A stretch of 64,000 nucleotides of DNA from Owenia fusiformis (lineage: Eukaryota): the NCBI GenBank assembly GCA_903813345.2, contig CAIIXF020000001.1:27342001-27406000 (forward strand), written 5' to 3'. A program made the position numbers and the translations under genes. The first letter of the stretch is position 1; every line of letters begins with the position of its first letter. Shown here one piece after another: positions 50,501-63,400 of the stretch. The notes beneath the pieces were generated by a model. It ran no database searches and was not told the DNA's origin. It saw only the letters and a list, made by a program, of their open reading frames with translations.

Positions 50501-53244
50501 AGAGAAGCTAGTATACAAATAGTGACTGCCATTGAGGGCAATAGTGTAAATTATTTCCCCGAGGGAATATCCTCTACAATGTACTATTCCCGAAGCCGCA
50601 GGCTGAGGGAATAGTATATTGTAGAGGATATTCCCAAGGGGAAATCATTTACACTATTGCTCGAAATTAGGCAGTCACTATTTGTTTTATTATATACCCT
50701 ATACTGACTCTTGTCCCGTTTCCTCTGCGAAGGCCAAAAAGGCTTAGAAAGCCCCCTCCCCAGTAGCATTATAAGCTGTGACGTCATCAGATGCTCAACA
50801 GAAATTTTTGCCTCTGAGACTCTCACTTGACAAATTCAATCGTGTTTAACACGCGGAATAGATTATCATAACACTTGAAATTACACAGACGTATTGAGCT
50901 TAGGGAACTTTATACACGTTGCTTATATTGTATCGTTCACGCACGTCTGTCATGGTGAACGGAGTTGATTTGTGTTTGTGCTCATCCTCCATTTTTCTGT
51001 TTTTCGTCTGCGCAGTGATGATGAGCAGACGTTTCCAAGGGTAATAGAGCTTGCAATTGTGACGTCAGCGGGCAATAGTTCAAATGTATATTCCCGCTGA
51101 CGTCACATTTGAGGGAATATAACTTTCCGAGGGAAATAGTAAATCTATTTCGGAACACGTGACTAGGTATTGACCAATCAGGATTAGTGTTACATATTGG
51201 GTATATAATAAATGTATATATTGACTAGATTGATGATGACATTGATTTTATTAAGAAGATTGTAAAATACTGTGTTCTGATTGGTCAGAATAGAATTGTA
51301 TATAATAATTTGTGTATTGAGACTACGAATGACACAAAGATCTAAGAAGGTCCAGTCTGAAAGTACTATGTAGTATCTACTGGTACTGGTATATTGAATT
51401 AACTGTTTTGACACGCATTTGTTTAACAATAACATGCTTTAAGTTGAAGACAAGAGGCTACCTTTGGTTATCACACTCGATCGAGTATAGCCTCAATGTG
51501 TTTGACCGATGTGCCTTCCTTTGATGTGTGTATAGTTCTCTTATATTCTTCGTTTTGCACCCCATTTCCTTTGCACGATTTCTTAAACTGGAGAACTTGT
51601 GTCCAGCTAAAATTCAAAGTAAGTCACTAGTAATGAAAAAGATATTGTAAAAAGTAAAAGTAATTGGCATTACTTTACGCATTTAGGTTATTTTGCAATA
51701 TTGTGGAAGTAACATCAATTTCTCCAAAGGTTCCATTCATGTAACATCATTTTTTCCTAAATTAGGACAATATCAGTTTGATCGATTATCTGGATAACAT
51801 AGCCAAGTGGGCTACATCAACAACCCTGCATACATCAGTAAAACCTGTCTCATCCAAAAGCCATTAGAACTGACTGACCAAAAGTGTCCTGATTGGTAGG
51901 TGTTCACATTTCGATGCTTTTTAACATGAAAATCTAAGGCAGATTAAAAATATGCTACCTAAAATGCGTTCAAATTGACAGGTGTTCAGATTGACAGGTG
52001 TTCAGATTGACAGGTGTTCAGATTAAAGAGGTGTTCGGATAGACAAGTTTTACTGTGAATAGATTCTACATCATAACTTGTTAAATGTTAAATGATTCGT
52101 ATCTCAAACACAAAACATCATCATCGCAATTCTAGAATAAAGAGAGGTCATTGCAATATGAGAGAAAAAGTACATCAAAATTAGTGATACCGATACAAAT
52201 ACATGTTAGATAAATGTTTTATTACTCGCCTTTTTATGAAGTTATGTAACTGAATAAAAACAGTGCTTATATCAAAACGGAATTGCACAAGTACAGAAAT
52301 GTAAATCTTAAGTGTACCTTGACCGTTTGTCATTTCCTCCTTTAATTTAAGTATATACTGCCCAGTTTTTACTGCTGCAAAGAAATTAATAATATGTGTA
52401 ACAATAGCAACGACAATTCGACAACTTTAACAAGATTAGAACACTCGACAAAAAACATATGGAAGTTCTCCGAATTATGTCATATCACCCGTTTTCAATA
52501 TTTCAATGTATCAGAATGTGTCCCTCTGTTTCTGTCACTTCATTAATAGTTTAAATACGCTCCGGGAATAACTGCTAACTAAAATTATTAATTATAATTT
52601 TTATTATAATAATTTAATTAATTATTTGAGTTTTCTCTATTCTCCTTACGAAGTAAAGATTACTGAAGAGTCTAAATAAATAAAAAGATGAAATTTTTTT
52701 TTGATGTTTCGCATATTTTCCATATGAATAATTCTCGAGTGTCAGGTACTAATTAAGTTAATCAACTGATTAATGAACTAACACGCTGCATTCTGCTGCA
52801 TTCTCTTGTTTAATGTCCATGAAAATGTTAGTAATTGGCTATGAAAATAATGAAAATGCGCGCCTGAAAATCTGCACAATACAGAATCTTTTTGCAATAA
52901 CAATTGCAACGTATTAATTAGAATATACCTCACAAAATCAAATATGGTCTGAACATATGGACAATTAACTTTACTGCAACATATTTATGTCATGCCCCAT
53001 GAAAAATAAATATGTTTCGAACAATTAAGTGCAGTAAACACTTTTCAGGAACACCGGGAACTAACTACAAGTCAGTTTGTTTGACAGAAAAAAAAACATA
53101 CAATAAAGTGAAGTCATATTTACCACGATTTCCCATCTTGATATCATTTCTTCCATTTACCAGGCCTATTCTTCCAGTGGTATTATTGGTCAAATATGCT
53201 AATATTGTCAACACGAGAGCAGCTTTGATATAATTTAGTTCCAT
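44545..53244 (-). CDS. Secreted subtilisin-family (S8A, proteinase K/aqualysin-like) serine protease, 17 coding exons, 435 aa
   Basis: Exons 5'->3': 53244-53124, 52374-52318, 51606-51462, 50348-50237, 49794-49737, 49351-49306, 49204-49153, 48883-48814, 48574-48487, 47786-47718, 46568-46499, 46230-46154, 45903-45807, 45474-45417, 45108-45083, 44910-44837, 44632-44545. All are GT-AG and phase-consistent (1308 nt). Signal peptide MELNYIKAALVLTILAYL; I9-like prodomain (QYILKLKE); WGLDRIDQ; catalytic triad VYIIDTG / GHGTAMAG / SGTSMATP; oxyanion AAGN; terminal GTPNKLL. Confidence 0.92.
46789..47456. mobile_element. Nested or interleaved inverted-repeat elements in a protease intron
   Basis: Outer IR AAGGATTTAAGCCCTGGA / TCCGGGGCTTAAATTCTT; a ~75-bp IR at 47107-47181 / 47346-47420; IR AATATTGGGTGCGGAG (46910) / CTCCGCACCCAATATT (47220). 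Confidence 0.55.
47808..47899. repeat. Perfect 92-bp spacerless palindrome
   Basis: TTATGCTGCTATATTCAGTTCCTAGGTTCTATAAAACAAACTATAT|ATATAGTTTGTTTTATAGAACCTAGGAACTGAATATAGCAGCATAA. Confidence 0.95.
47900..48279. mobile_element. PIF/Harbinger-like MITE (TAA TSD)
   Basis: TAA|TCACTGGTAC ... GTACCAGTGA|TAA. The left arm is homologous to the element at 57809-58350. Confidence 0.75.
50515..51190. mobile_element. Hairpin-headed interspersed element (family not identified)
   Basis: About 170-bp imperfect palindrome at 50515-50685 with a GC-rich apex (CCCGAAGCCGCAGGCTGAGGG). The right boundary is approximate. Confidence 0.5.
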
Positions 53245-54405
53245 GATGTTAATATTGAACTTATTTTTTGTCGTATGACAAGCTGCTTAATTCTCTTTAG
53301 CTAGCTATAAATACACAATTAATACATAAAACAATAATTTTCAAAATTGTAACAGTCATTTGTTAAACATGATAAATATACAGCAAAGACTAAACAAAAT
53401 TATCAGATAAATTACTCAAAATTTATATTACCTATAAACTAAAGAAAGTATGAGTTTAGAACAATGATCTTTCAAATCAATATAATCAAACGTTACTTAT
53501 TTACCATAAGTCATTACTGAACGTTACTTTCAAGAAAATAAGTGTCCTACCTTTGGTGGTGAGAAAGGGCTCGTCTGTGTTTTCACCCTGCTCTTGTAGC
53601 TTTTCTACATTGTTGACTATTTTCTGCATAGATGATCGTGTCATATTTGACACCGCGAAGCGTTAACAAAAGAAAAAGTGGTTGTCCAAGGTCGTAGACC
53701 TCAAATCATAGTTGATGTATTCTATTAGAACAGGTCACTGGATAGGACAACGGTTGGAAATTCCGTTCTGTCAGATGTAAGCTTACATAATAGGAGAGTA
53801 CATATAACTTTTTAATATTGATTTCATGAAATTGTGTATGGATTCGTCCAAGCTAATACTATATCTATGCAGTAGCCAGGATGTGAATAAAAATGAATCT
53901 GAAAAAAAGCAACCAAAGCCATGGAAGATCGACTTTAAGAAACAGTGGACAAGTTCAAGCGTGGAACAGAATGACAATGGCGTACTGTTTGGTACAACCT
54001 AATAATTGTAGGCTATCTAATTGTAGGCTATCTGCTTTATTCAAATGTTTCTTATCCCCCAGTCGTCCATATCCATAGTTTTATGTTTTATCCAAGGCAA
54101 AAACATTTCATTGAGAAAAAAATCACATATAACTATATAGATATTAGAATATATTTATAGCGCATAGGATGAGATCATAATGAATATAAACATTTAAAAA
54201 ATACTTCGATTGTGAAAGACTTTAGAACAATGGGAGAAGATGCCAAAAGTGCTATTTTGTATTAAAAATAAATGTCAACCAACCTATTGTCAATATAGCA
54301 GTAAGAACACGTGTATATATAATTACACTAAACATCTGTTTATTAATTAGATGAGGCAAATGAGGTATAATCAAAATACAAAACTTGCATCGAGTGTTTA
54401 GCAGT

Positions 54406-57400
54406 TTAGGAAGAACAACCGACAGTTCTCAGTAATCTGTTAGGAGTTCCCAATAATTGGCCATTTAGAACCCCTTGTGTGGCCCCGCTACAATTATATA
54501 ATAGAATCACATAGTCATTCACATAGTCATTTATCATTGCATCATCCGATTTGTGCTTTTACGTGTATATATTATACAGTCTAGTTTATAATGCACCAAC
54601 TTTAGAAAATGTCACATGTGTTTACAATCGGAGAGCTGTTCTTTCACAAATGTCTCTGAAATTCCAAGCATTACGAAGTCTCAAATGAAGAAAAATAATT
54701 TGATTTGAAAAAAAACATTTCATTTGAACCTTTAAGTGAAATTTCGACACTTCTTTTTCGTGGTAAATATCATGGTCATTGTGTCAAAAGTCGTAGGGTT
54801 TTCGACAAAGTCAAGCAGACTGAAATATATTTTTAAGGCCCTGGATTAAAGTTCGCAATATTCACTTGGGTAAGTCTTGTCTTTAAATTTCAATTATAAA
54901 ATCATAATTTGCAAGAATTTACCTTGTTACCCATGCCATTACTTCAGCAGCTGTTTTATTGGGATTAGTGTGCCAATAGGCAGCCATGGCACCAGTCTAT
55001 AAATATAATTCACTCGTTACAAGTATTTCAGCGGACCTCGGTCAATCGGACTCTGTTTAAGGTTCACATAGAATAACTTCGTTCATGAAAACACCAACAT
55101 CTCACTGGGTTTTTACTTTGTTCCTTCATATTCAGTAGTGCGTGTAAAGTAGAAGAAATATAGAAACTATTCCAGGCTACATTTCCATGCGTTTTTCTCA
55201 GTAAACGTATTTGGAATATTATAATTATATATTTGCTCCATTATCCCCTTGCACTACCGACGACGTAATTACGTAATTAGCCATCTCCAATGTTGTGTTT
55301 CGAACTCCCGTGCAGTGTCTCGGTATAGACACTGCGGCGGGCAGATTATGAAATCCCCAAAATTTGGGGAAGATAGTCCCCCTTTTTGTCACAGATGTAC
55401 TTGATTTTCATACAACTTATAAAATATATATTCTTTTATGTTCACCAATCATTATTTTGTCAAAATATTTCAAAATTATTGAAATATGAGAAAAAATCAC
55501 CGCGGAAGGAATTCTGAGTAAAAGTTCTGTTGATAATAGTTTACCGCACGTGTTGTTTATTAGTTAATACGCGCAATTCAACCAATAGTCCACGGTATGA
55601 AATTTCTAGGACGTCTAATTAAGGAGTTGGTGGCACCATATCTGCATAATGATATTTGAGCTTATATTTAGATACCTACATGTGTCCCGCGTTTTATTTT
55701 TGTATAGCCGTGATAAATACGGCGGGCTTTTAGGCCGAATAATGCATGTCATTATCAGGGGTCAAAAAACGTGTAAAACGTTTTTTGTATTTTTTTTCAT
55801 AATTTAAAGGACAAACATTAAAAGAAAATCACATGAAAATATTTTTAATATATACATCAAGTTTCTTGGCTATAATTTTGCGGTATGTGTTCCTTGAAAT
55901 ACCTTATATATAAAAAAATCAAGGTTTGAACATTTTATGTCGTTTTGGAGATATTGGTGAAGCAATCAATATATTGGCACCTTTATTACCTGTGAATAAC
56001 ATATGGTTATAATATGTCAGTTTTTTACTAAATTAGTTGTAATACATTTTGAGATATGGACAGCCGTATTCAGGGGTCAATTGGCAATAAAGGGAGACTC
56101 GTTGTTCTTCCTTGTCTAATACCGTCTGCGATTGAAAATTGTTGCATATGGTTGAACATGAATTGGTTGCTTATATAAGGACCATATCTTCAACATTTGA
56201 CTACATGGATCTTTGAGAAATGTCAGCAATAATGTAAAAATGAATCGATGTAATGCATCGCAGTGACAAATATAATTGTTGTTATATTATACTGTTTGTT
56301 ACACATTAATAAAAAAATCAGAATTCTGAAGTAACAAAACATAAACGCACAAGTGGAAATGGAAAAGGCACAGCAACAAATGGAATGTGTTCAAGAGTAT
56401 ACTAATATAAGGGAATATCAAAGCATTAACATGCAAAATGCCAACGCATATTCGTTACATACACCGAACGCCGAATATGTACTGTCAATGGACTTTATGT
56501 TGGAAACTATAACAATATGTCATACCATTTTGGTGGTGACATAATAAACACTAGCAATCCCAAAGTCAAACGTCTATCAACCCCTCCCGACCCACGAGCT
56601 AAGTATAAACATCATTCCCAGACCATAACACCAAGTAGCACCTCATTATACTCGAGTCATTACAACACAAATTGAATAAAAATACAAATTGTGAGCCAAT
56701 ACTCATAACAATACTAATAGTATATTAGATATACAATATTTAGAATTTGGTCTTAATGCTTTGAGATATTTAGATATTATAATTCGTTTAACGTTTAAAA
56801 GGGTCAGCATCCCACTGCAAACCTAAAGCCTTCAGTTTTAGCAATTTAATTGACAATGCCTAAAATAATCCCCACATCCTTCAGCATCTCGAGTACATAA
56901 ACTTAAACGGTCGCAAAACCCAGAAATTATTTTACAAAAAGGAACACTGTTCATTAAACAAAACAGAATACCTCAAATAAAAATCAGTGACTATAGCATT
57001 TGGATTCACTCGCATAAACCAATCCTCTCATGAAAGCTCTTATATAGAACTAATAATTCGTTTATAAATCACAGGTAATATAATTGCCTAACATAATGCA
57101 TTCGCAAAAAAGTAACATCTCACATGAAAAATCAAAAACATAATAGCCTCATGAATATACTCACAAACACGAATACCTCACATATTAATCGTAACTGATA
57201 TAACAACTTCTTCAGTATAGTATATTCCTCGCTTATTATGTGGTGCTGTATAAAATGCACTCAAAAAACCTGATACTCCACATCACGCGGTACTAACTTC
57301 GACCGTTAATTTGAATTTTTGACCTACCAGGTGCTTGAAAATCAAGGATTGCGAGTCTCATACTGCACCGTTTTTCTTCAAACTTATACCATTAAAAGCA

Positions 57401-60400
57401 AAACAAAATTGCCTTTCTGTCGTTGCATTACTTGATTGTAAAGAGTCCCTCGTTCACGCAGCGTTTTGGTTACCAGCTGTCGGAAGGCCTTCTTACAGCT
57501 GGGGACCAAAATGCCGCTGGAAGTAGGGTCTCTTATTAAGAGAATAATGTACCATCAGAAAGGGATTTTTGTTATGCTTTGAATGGAACAAGTTTGAAGA
57601 AAAACGGTGCAGAATGAGACTCATAATCCTTGATTTTCAAACATCCGGTAGGTCAAAAATTCAAATTAACGGTCGAAGTTAGGACCGCGTGCACATAAAA
57701 ACTTGGATTAATCAAACGTTATAGGATGCGCCTCACATAAAAAAAACAATATAGCATCACAGAGTGCATTATTTGAAAGGAATAGCTTTTATAAAATTTC
57801 AAATATTATCACTACTACCCACCTAGTTACACAGACGTATCGTCAGTGTATCATGGCTGAACTACTTCCGGGATTTGAATTTGGTAAGATATTTTTATTT
57901 CTCGATTTACATCTACTTATAAGTCACGATGTGGATTATAATTTGGCTCGAAGTTATGGGAGATAATCTAGTTTGAGAATGTGTCGATGGATTTAGGTTT
58001 GGTATGTTAACGAAGACGCATTTCACATATTTAGTCCCTCGCTTTTGTTACACTGACGACCGGCATTAACATTGCCAATATTACACTGATATTGGTCGTT
58101 CGTCAGTGTAACAAAAGCGAGGGACTAAACACCTGAATTGTGCCTTTGTTAACATATAAAACCTAAAACCATCGACGCATTATCAAACAAGACTATCTTC
58201 CTTAACTTCGAGGCAAATTATTATCCACAACGTGACTTATAAGTAGGTGTAAATCGGGAAATAGATTTTTTTTACCGAAACCTAGTCCCGGAAGTAGTTC
58301 CGCCATGATACACTGACGATACGTCTGTGTAACTAGGTGGGTAGCAGTGATTATACAGAATATAGAATGAAGTTAAAAGAAACTTGTACTCCCCTAAAAT
58401 AAAGTGTATGGATAGTACTCACAATTAGCAACGACCCAGGGACAATGACTACCACTCCACATAAAACATTAACAATGATATTGAACTTCTTCACTACTTC
58501 TTCAGCATTTAATTTACTCAGAAATGAGTAATACATGTTATTCAAGTATAAATTAAATTACCTCCTTCATATGTGACATATAATTTCACCCAGAAACTAG
58601 TTTTTCTAGCAATACCCGATATAAAGACAAAAGAGATATAGCCTGGGAGTAGCCATTTTGTCCGAAATTCTATCCAAAATGTCATGAATATGTACGCACG
58701 AGTGCCAAATGCGAAAGACCAAAAATGACAAAACATAGCAGGAAAATGAAATGTCTAAGATCTCATTGCCAAATGGAAAGAAAATCCAACTATCTCAAAT
58801 CAATATACAACGTGAAAGGAAAATGTATCTTACAACACTCACAACAATTCGTAAAAGTGCAATTCGCATGACTTTGGCAACATAGAGTTTGTGCACAAAT
58901 GAATAATGCCTGATTTGATAAAAAGTCACAAATTATAAAATGAAGTATGGCTTCCTAAAACTCGAATGGAAAGATCGGAAACGAGAGATGTTGGATTGCT
59001 GAAAAAATTGAGAGAACCGGTCTTACAAAAAATGATTCGATGTCGTCTTTAAATATCGGAGGCTCGTCTGAAAGATTGGATGTGTGCAACATTATAAATT
59101 TCTCCCAATCCAATCGGGACTTTGCACGCGATGGGTGAGTTGATATGATTGATAGGGTCACACCTTGGAACAACGATTTAACAACCTTTAATTTCGTATA
59201 ATTCACAATCTCGCCCTGCTGAATGAAATCGTCTCTAACGGTGTCACTCATCAATCACGAAGGTTGGTTTCTGGTTCTTATTAATGACAGTATGGCTCTC
59301 ACTTATAAATTTACATTTAGAATAGAACGAACATTTGTCAAGTTATGATCGAAACAAAAACTAAATCTTGTCTTCGCAAGGGACAGTTCAAAAACTAAAT
59401 TACTATCTTGAATTTCACAAATCTTGCTCTACTGCATCAAATCGTCCTGAATATAGTCACTCGTCAACCACGAAAGTTGATTTCCGGTTTCTTAATAAAT
59501 CATTCTAGCGTTCTCATTTATAAAACAATCGATAATTAAAACTGAAATATATTATAATGCATTCGATGTTTACTTTCTTACAACATTCCATGGTTATTTT
59601 ATTGTTGGAGCACAGCATTGTGACACTATGATATTTGCGACGCATTTGACTGCGCCTTCTTTATTCCTCGATGCAAATCATCTAGTTTAAAAATGTAAAC
59701 ATTCCAATACCAAAATTAGATTAATTATTTAATTGATACATCCTTTATATTTTTATTTGATTGCGTTTTGAATATCATTAACAATAATCCGTTGTTTGAC
59801 CCTTGAAAACGCAAGAATTATTTCCGTGAATAAATTGTTTCTATAAGTACAAAACTAATATGTTACTAATTATAGATTTTCTGAATATTTCGCATAATTT
59901 GGTCACATCTGCTCTGTCTTATTTTTTTCTAAATAATAAAACGTTGAAAAGTACCCTAGTGCAATACACTAATTGAAAAATGACATTTACGTTAAAATAG
60001 TATTATATTTCTATGTAATCCTAATCCTTCAAATTATATATAAGTTTCGATTTACAATTTGAGTCTCATAAAATGCACTAAAATGCTCATGAAAAGTTTC
60101 ACGTTTTTTGACCTCTTGTGATGACAGACATAATGCGACCAGAAAGCCTTAATATTTTTTACCAAATGGCATTTTAAAAGCATAAGGACATATGCCCCTC
60201 CCTAAATATCGGTTCAAATGTCGTTATGCATATATGGTGCCACGGATTTGTAATATCTATGAGCCATACCATGGACTACAATGAAATTGTCTACATTTTA
60301 CAATCACGCGACCTGAGCATGGGACTAGAACCAATCACGTCATTTGTTTATTACGAAGTTACCATGCTTACGATGAGATACCTGCACGCCGCAGTGATAT

Positions 60401-63400
60401 ATCACTGCACGGGAGTTCGGTTGTGTTTGTTAAGCAAGCAAAAATGATATTTGTGATGTTATACTTACTGTCATGGCAGTTGACATTGATGTGCCTGAAA
60501 AACAAAACAAAAGAACTAATAAATACATCTTAAAGACATAATCAGACATATGAGGGATGACAAAATTACAAGCAATTTGAATATGTGGTTTCTTGTATGG
60601 TGGATATGATATTCATATATCGCGAAAGATGTGTCCGATTCCAGCCGATTCGAACACAGTATTTCATATAATTGCACTGCACCAACAACCCACCCAAGAT
60701 CATTCATTGAATGGTTGTCAACGTGACAACTTGACTCTACGGATTGAAATTGATGCTTTTGCTTTGCTTTATGTGGAAAATATTTTGCATTGTGAAGCAC
60801 AAGGCCTGATGCACTAGGGCTAATTCATTCCACTCAGGCGTTATTTCCTTAACTTAACACACGATGCATCTCGGGCAAAGATTGAATTTTTTTTGAGGAA
60901 TGATTCCGTCCACAATGCACAATGCACCAGGACTCAAATCCTTAACCAATATACCCAAATAGTTTCAGGGTCAGTTGCTCTTTAGATCTGATTCTACCTC
61001 TCAAGAATCCTCCTAGCTATATATATATATATCTTGACTCAGGATATGAGAGGCGCGTTGAAGTTAATGCTAATCAACCAAAAAGAAATGGAGACCAAGA
61101 ACTAAGAATGTTGATTCGATATTATTCTTACCAGGCCAAGTGCAAGTTGTCCAACCATAATAATAACATGGGGCGGTAATAGACACAGCCTGTAAAACAA
61201 ATATGGGGTATAAGCCATAAGGGCGTTTTCAATACTCGGAAGTAACTTCATAAACTAGACGAAAGCGCAGGGAATGATTTCACTACATACCTGCATTAAT
61301 TAGATAATTAAACACATGTGCACTTATTCAAAATTGGATTGAGTATTTTTCGATTTAGTATGTATTCATATTTCTTTTTTTTGTCAACTTATCTACAGAC
61401 CAATGTCAAAGTCATATATAGAATATCATTTAATTTTCTGGGGCTATCATTTTATCCACTCTTGGATATGTGTGCTCACTCATGGACAAAGTATTTGCCT
61501 CAGTTGTTAAAATTGTTTCCAGGCTTAATAAAACCAGAAACATAGAGCCTCGATACTACTTACCGGCGCCACTACATCAATGCAGCTTCCATAGCTTGAA
61601 TATATATACAGCTGATCATCTATATTAGAACCCCCTACAGATATGCTGCAATGACGATTCGAAAAAAAAATTAATTAATCATTTTTGGATTCCCTTTCAC
61701 ATCAGAAGAAAAACCAGATAAAACTTCGAAATATAACTTTTGCGTACATATCGGTCAGATTGCCATGGAAGTATACTTTGTTAGAGTTGATCCACTTAAA
61801 GGGAAGATATAAAACCAAAAAGACATCGTGCGCATTCAAATAAGAAGTGAAGGAATCTAATGCCTTGCCAGATGATATTTGATTTATCTATTGCTAAAAA
61901 AATCAATGTGGCACATGTCAATAAAAAGCTATATTTACACTTCTGGAACCATGGCTGGAAAATTCAAGCAAGCATCATGTTGCCAATTTCCCCCAGCAAC
62001 TGCAGTTGGTATGCCCTGTAAATGTACGCTGTCAATGCACACCTAGCCATCGGCAACGTACGGTGACATAATATACCGTCGTACACTTTAGATGTACGGT
62101 GTCACTATTCTAACTGATATGTTTTTGCTAAAATTAAAAAAAATCATAAGTGTACGTTGTTATCTCGATGTACGTTGTCCCATTGAACTTACATATCTGA
62201 ATTTACATTTAATTTTTATGTAGACAATGTATTTTTCATAACACTAAGTGGCAGGGGATTAGATTCATTTAAAACTGAAACGGAACAATCCAGTATTACT
62301 AGTTCAACTTGACTGAACTATATTGAGCCTCTGCACTTTCCAGATATAGCATAAACGGGATTTCGAGTCATCTTCGATAAGCCAGTATAGATCTCTCTAT
62401 GATCTTCTTAAGATTATTAAAATTCATAAAAGTGCAACATAACGTAACGTACCGACGCCGAATGGTCAAAGAGGTTGGAAGATAGCACCCCATGGTCAAA
62501 TATTAATCACCGTATCAACACTTTCATAAAATAAAATAGCATTCATCAACAGGTAAAACATCACTTTTACCTGTTTATCTGTACCAGGGATACATGAACA
62601 TGTTCGTTAAACATCACTTGTTACTCATTAAACCCTAATGCGTTTCGAAATTAAATCATTGCATTGTTTACTTTTCAATTATAGGGACAACGTACATTGG
62701 AGATGACAACGTACATTTTTGATTTTTTGAATTATACCAAAAACATGAATATTTATAAAACCGTCAACCGTCTTAGAGAAACATGTTCTCATAAAAATAT
62801 TCGGCACTCTAAGACGACAGGGGAGAAAATAAAAAAACACATTTTCCAACCGACCAATTGCAAGGGCAGATTAACAACGAAAAAAAAAATCTGGCACTGC
62901 TCGAAAATCTTTTAAAATAATTAGAAAGGCAAATGTCTTCCAAATCGAATACACACGAAATCAAACATGAAATCCTTCAGGTACTCCTCAAATTAATTTT
63001 TGAAAATCACAATCAACATCATAGTTTTCGCTTCAAATCAATTAATAGTGACACCGTACACCTAAAGTGTACGACGGTATATCTTGTCACTGTACGTTGT
63101 CGATGGTTAGGCGTGCAATCGCTGGTATGTTAAACTAAACGTATTAAGGTATACCATGTAAATATACGTTGTCCGTGGCTGATACGCGAACTATACATAT
63201 TGAGGTATACCATGTAAACATATGTTGTAAATTGAGAATACATTAAACTATACGTATTTAGGTATATCATGTAAATGTACGTTCTAAATGGCTGATATGT
63301 TAAACTATGCTTCTAGAGTTGTAAGTGTGGACAATATCTTTGAAATGGCTCCAAAGATAAAAGTTTAGGGATTCAAATCGGATGATTTTTCACCTTTGGA

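Larger units (their letters stand above)
55301..60419. mobile_element. Mutator (MULE)/foldback-like non-autonomous element, 5.1 kb, 9-bp TSD
   Basis: GTTGTGTTT|CGAACTCCCGTGCAGTG ... CACTGCACGGGAGTTCG|GTTGTGTTT. Long imperfect TIR blocks are present (e.g. GTGGCACCATATCTGCATAA at about 55630 vs TTATGCATATATGGTGCCAC at about 60224). Confidence 0.85.

Noticed and set aside
44545-53244. Recent bacterial horizontal transfer or contamination explaining the aqualysin-like protease
   Set aside because: Sixteen spliceosomal introns, a tandem paralog with matching intron positions and host-type repeats in the introns show long residence in this genome.
58955-59254. 99-aa ORF as the transposase of the Mutator-like element
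   Set aside because: No recognisable DDE or zinc-finger motifs; too short to assign.
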